A stretch of DNA of 58,313 bases, taken from IMG/VR virus record IMGVR_UViG_3300029893_000008, positions 1 to 58,313 of that record, one strand, 5' to 3'. Within the stretch, counting starts at the first letter, position 1. Each line of letters starts with the position of its first letter. Below, piece by piece: positions 54,967 to 58,313 of the stretch. Under the pieces are notes generated by a model. It was not told the origin of the DNA, did not search any database, and worked only from the letters and a program-made list of their open reading frames with translations. The position numbers were made by a program, and so were the translations under genes. This DNA comes from a virus. Lineage: Duplodnaviria > Caudoviricetes.

Positions 54967-55141
54967 CTTGAACCCCTTTTGTAAATCCTTTTGCTTTATA
55001 ATGAACAGATACAGGAAAATATTTTTTTAATACATCGGCACTGTTACAACAAGGACAAATTATATTCTTTTGTTCATTTATTTTTAATATTAAAGAAAAT
55101 TCTTTTTTACATTGATTGCATTTGAAAACATATTCAGGCAT
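54956..55141 (-). CDS. FmdB-family zinc-ribbon protein
   Basis: MP.Y.F.C..C...F...CP.C.S....K...YKAKGF. Confidence 0.8.
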   Translation of the reverse strand: MPEYVFKCNQCKKEFSLILKINEQKNIICPCCNSADVLKKYFPVSVHYKAKGFTKGVQDEK

Positions 55142-55172
55142 ATAAAAAGTCCTTTCTGTTATTAATATAGAG

Positions 55173-55245
55173 TGGGAGTGGTGGGAGTCGAACCCACAAC
55201 TAACGCCTTATAAGAGCGGTACTCTAACCATTGAGTTACACCCCC
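55173..55245 (-). tRNA. tRNA-Ile(UAU)
   Basis: Acceptor GGGGGTG/CACTCCC, D arm ACTC/GAGT, anticodon loop CT-TAT-AA, T arm GTGGG-TTCGACT-CCCAC, discriminator A; no encoded CCA. Confidence 0.9.
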
Positions 55246-55255
55246 AATTTTCATT

Positions 55256-55375
55256 TTAATTCTTATCCCGCAGGTCTTTGTCCATTGCTGTACCGACAAC
55301 GGCAATCAAAATAAGAGGAATGCTGACCAAAAGAAGCATTGCATTTTCAGAGAGGACATTCAAAAAGTTTTCCAT
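55256..55375 (-). CDS. 39-aa single-TM peptide (not in ORF track)
   Basis: MENFLNVLSENAMLLLVSIPLILIAVVGTAMDKDLRDKN*, AAGGAG RBS. Confidence 0.6.
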   Translation of the reverse strand: MENFLNVLSENAMLLLVSIPLILIAVVGTAMDKDLRDKN

Positions 55376-55377
55376 TT

Positions 55378-55575
55378 TTAAATTCTCCTTATGTTTTTAT
55401 TTATTTCTTCTGATATAAAAATGATTAATTTTTTTCTGCTGTCAAAGTAAACTTTTTCTGGTTTAGAATTATATTTTTTTTCATAAAATTTTATCGCTTC
55501 ATCTAAATTATCTCCATAATAAAGTAAAAATTCATTTTCTTCAAAGTAAGGATAGTTTATTTCTTGTATTTCCAC
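55378..55575 (-). CDS. Hypothetical protein
   Basis: GTG start directly after the recombinase stop, GAGG RBS. Confidence 0.5.
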   Translation of the reverse strand: MEIQEINYPYFEENEFLLYYGDNLDEAIKFYEKKYNSKPEKVYFDSRKKLIIFISEEINKNIRRI

Positions 55576-56394
55576 TTATACCTCAAAAGCATTTGCTAAC
55601 AATTCATCACGAATTTGAGCATATCGCATTGTTGTATTAATGTTACTGTGTCCCATTGCTTTTTGAATAACATTAATGTTAATTTCAGCCGACAATAACC
55701 GAGTAGCAAAAGTCCTTCTTAATGTATGTGGGGTAACATGATTGCTGTCCACATTTGCTTTATTACATAAAGATTTAATTTTTAATCGGATTGCTTCTGT
55801 GGTATATTTTCCCCTCTGTGGGGAAAAGAAAAGATATTCTGATACAGGTTTACGAATTTTAATATAATCTAAAAATTTTTCATAAGTACTTTTATTCATA
55901 AAAACATATCTTTCCTTGTTGCCTTTACCACGAATTTTAATTTTATTACCTTCAATATCGCTTATCTTAATATTAACCAATTCATCTCTTCTCAAACCAG
56001 CAAAAGTTAATAAAGAGAAAATCAAAATATCTTCTTTATTCTTTTTATTGACTTCTAAAATCTTTTCAATTTCTTCTTCTGACAAAACTTTAAAAATCTT
56101 TTTTGCTTCTTTGAGTGGTTTAATTTGAGAGAAAGGGTTTTCTGAAACAAGATTATTTTCAAGTAAAAATTGAAAACAAGAAGATAAATATCTGCAATAA
56201 GAATTAACCGATGAATGAGATAAAGTATCAGATAAAACAGATTGAAAATGATAAGCATCTTTTAAGGAAAAATTGTTAACATCTTTATTATTGGCATTAC
56301 AATATTCCCCAAAGATTTCTAATGCTTTTTTGTAAGAACGATAAGTGTTAAGACTTTTTGTTTTTTGTGTATATTCCAGAAATTGATTGAACAT
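55576..56394 (-). CDS. XerC/D-like tyrosine recombinase
   Basis: GLRRDE, GKGNKER, HTLRRTFAT, GHSNINTTMRY; own promoter (-35 at 56445-56450). Confidence 0.92.
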   Translation of the reverse strand: MFNQFLEYTQKTKSLNTYRSYKKALEIFGEYCNANNKDVNNFSLKDAYHFQSVLSDTLSHSSVNSYCRYLSSCFQFLLENNLVSENPFSQIKPLKEAKKIFKVLSEEEIEKILEVNKKNKEDILIFSLLTFAGLRRDELVNIKISDIEGNKIKIRGKGNKERYVFMNKSTYEKFLDYIKIRKPVSEYLFFSPQRGKYTTEAIRLKIKSLCNKANVDSNHVTPHTLRRTFATRLLSAEININVIQKAMGHSNINTTMRYAQIRDELLANAFEV

Positions 56395-56656
56395 TTTTAT
56401 CTCCTTGATTGTGATATATCTATATTATCACAAAAAATAAAAAATGTCAATACCTAATTTCGATATTTATCAATGATTTTTGAATTTTTTAAGGAATCTT
56501 TATAAACATCTTCTGATGTCCTGATACCAAATAAAAACTTGATTAATCTAATAATCATGTTAATCATCTAAATTATCCTTTACTTTTTTATAAATATAAA
56601 CCAACCCAACCATTGTACCTAATAAAATAAAAAATGTTAATAATGATTCAAGACAA

Positions 56657-57778
56657 TTAGTCAATAAATAAATCTGCATTATTATATCCTTTTCTTCCCT
56701 CTGTTTTAATAATTTTTTCATAAGTATCTACTATACTTTGTGCTTGTTTATAAATATCCACAGAATCTTTATCGAAATTATCAAGTATACTTTGGACTTT
56801 TTCATCATAAGTATCTAAAATTTCAGATAATGTATCATACCAACTGTTCATGTTAGAACCAACAGGAATACCACCCTTATTTTTTATATCCTTATAAGGG
56901 GGTAAATTTGTATAAGCAAAAGGTTTTCCTGTTAAAAGATATTCAATTACCTTTATGTCTGACCTGTACTTATCATACTCTCCTGAAAGGGGGGCAATTC
57001 CAATATCAAAGGTATTGGCAAGCATTGTACCCCATTCTTCATTTTTTACATAATTTTTGAACATTTTTTGTTCAAAAGGCAATTTATCATAAACCCGTTT
57101 ATCCCCGACTATACAAACCTTAACATTATCTCTTTCTTTTACTATCTTTTCCAGTGCTGGAATTACAGATGAATTTACAAAAGATTCATAATGAGATAAA
57201 GAACCACCCCAGCCAATAATAAATTCTTTTTTATTTTTTGGTCTTTTTATATATGGATAATTTTTCGTTTCAAAATAATTTCTTACATAATAAAAGGGTG
57301 TACCAGTTATTCCCTGATAATAATCACCCAAATAAAAACTAGGCAGAGTCATTGCATGAGATATAGATATACCACGCCTAAACTGTTCAAATGGGTGAGG
57401 ATAAATATATTTATCAACCAGTTTATCATTTTCATTTAGTTTAATTTTACCCTCATTCCAAAAGGTATATGAGGGATTTGTGGGGGTAATAGCATGGTAA
57501 GCATCATCGAAATTTGTTACAATGATTTTACCTTGCATATAAAGATTTATCATCTTATAAAGTACATCACCAAAAAAATTTCGTTCAATAACAATTATAT
57601 CGGCATCATTTACGGCTAAATCAACATCATTACCACCCTTAACAAATAAATCTATCGGCATCATAGATACCTTATGCTTTTCTGGTAATTTAGATATTCC
57701 GTAAGCAGGTAAAATAATACGATAAATGCTGGTGTTCAATTCATGGGGCTTATCTGCAAAAATAAAACAAATATTCAT
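56657..57778 (-). CDS. GT-B (GT4-like) glycosyltransferase
   Basis: YRI..P, NFDD, IGWGGS.SH, DIGIAPL...KYRSDIK..EY...G.P motifs. Confidence 0.75.
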   Translation of the reverse strand: MNICFIFADKPHELNTSIYRIILPAYGISKLPEKHKVSMMPIDLFVKGGNDVDLAVNDADIIVIERNFFGDVLYKMINLYMQGKIIVTNFDDAYHAITPTNPSYTFWNEGKIKLNENDKLVDKYIYPHPFEQFRRGISISHAMTLPSFYLGDYYQGITGTPFYYVRNYFETKNYPYIKRPKNKKEFIIGWGGSLSHYESFVNSSVIPALEKIVKERDNVKVCIVGDKRVYDKLPFEQKMFKNYVKNEEWGTMLANTFDIGIAPLSGEYDKYRSDIKVIEYLLTGKPFAYTNLPPYKDIKNKGGIPVGSNMNSWYDTLSEILDTYDEKVQSILDNFDKDSVDIYKQAQSIVDTYEKIIKTEGRKGYNNADLFID

Positions 57779-58080
57779 TAATTCTCCTCATTTTTAATCC
57801 AATATACAGAAGTTTCTTTTATAATAGCAGGTAATTTAGAATTACTGCTTCCGTCCCAATTATAATATGAAGTACTCCCCGAATCTTTTTTCATCTGAAT
57901 TACTAAATTATTTTCACGAACATAATCATATAACAAACAAGATTCCTTTTCTGTTATTTTAAATTTTTCAGCAGGGGATTTAATATAAACAATAGTAGGA
58001 TGATTCATCATGTTGATAGGGGGAATAGATACAAGATAATCAATATATTCATTCAAAATAGATAAAAGTTTCTTTTTCAT
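57778..58080 (-). CDS. Hypothetical protein
   Basis: 100-aa ORF whose ATG lies 7 nt from a consensus -10 box (possibly leaderless). Confidence 0.55.
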   Translation of the reverse strand: MKKKLLSILNEYIDYLVSIPPINMMNHPTIVYIKSPAEKFKITEKESCLLYDYVRENNLVIQMKKDSGSTSYYNWDGSSNSKLPAIIKETSVYWIKNEEN

Positions 58081-58086
58081 ACATTG

Positions 58087-58115
58087 ATTATATTACAGTT
58101 AAAACAATTTGTCAA
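58087..58115 (-). promoter_or_regulatory. Sigma70/sigmaA promoter
   Basis: TTGACA-17 nt-TATAAT. Confidence 0.75.
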
Positions 58116-58313
58116 GTACTAAAAATGATAATCATCTATTTGATTTTCATCTGTATTTGATAACTTTTCAATTATTTTACTAATTGATAAAATTATAAAT
58201 AGTACTAGAAAAATAATAACTATTGTAATCATTTTTATTTTTCCTATCTAAAAGACTTTATTAATTTATAACCAGTATTGTTCATATATTTAAAAATTTG
58301 TTCTGCTTTGGTA

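Noticed and set aside
55280-55292. Another ACAGCAA, as a possible third RNA unit
   Set aside because: Lies inside the 39-aa peptide ORF and has no closing stem.
1-58313. Alternative genetic code (stop reassignment)
   Set aside because: Genes are full length and densely packed under the standard code; no suppressor tRNA.

Overview
A 58-kb, very AT-rich (roughly a quarter G+C by eye) segment of a large tailed-phage genome with two convergent arms. The + strand (1-19.2 kb) is a siphovirus-type tail and lysis module: LamG-like virion protein, tail tube, holin, RuvC and a tyrosine recombinase, tape measure, Dit/Tal, three paralogous fibre genes and a GH25 endolysin. A complete IS200/IS605 element (tnpA+tnpB, 19312-21000) sits at the arm junction; removing it restores an interrupted phage gene in frame. 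The - strand (21-58 kb) carries: nucleotide metabolism (dUTPase, intein-containing class II RNR, dNMP kinase, ThyX); replication (DnaB, Prim-Pol, SSB, Sak4-like ATPase, PD-(D/E)XK nuclease, and a family-B polymerase fused to a DnaE-like C-terminus); a seven-gene deoxysugar/glycosyltransferase cluster; five orphan DNA methyltransferases; an RNA ligase; tRNA-Arg(UCU) and the rare tRNA-Ile(UAU); and a DUF2828 (Ro60/TROVE-vWA-like) gene preceded by two tandem, covarying structured RNA units. The best candidates for new biology are the DUF2828 + tandem ACAGCAA RNA unit, the PolB-DnaE chimera, and a possible virion glycosylation system with an [S/T]-G-S acceptor motif. All family assignments come from motif recognition by eye; no searches were run.
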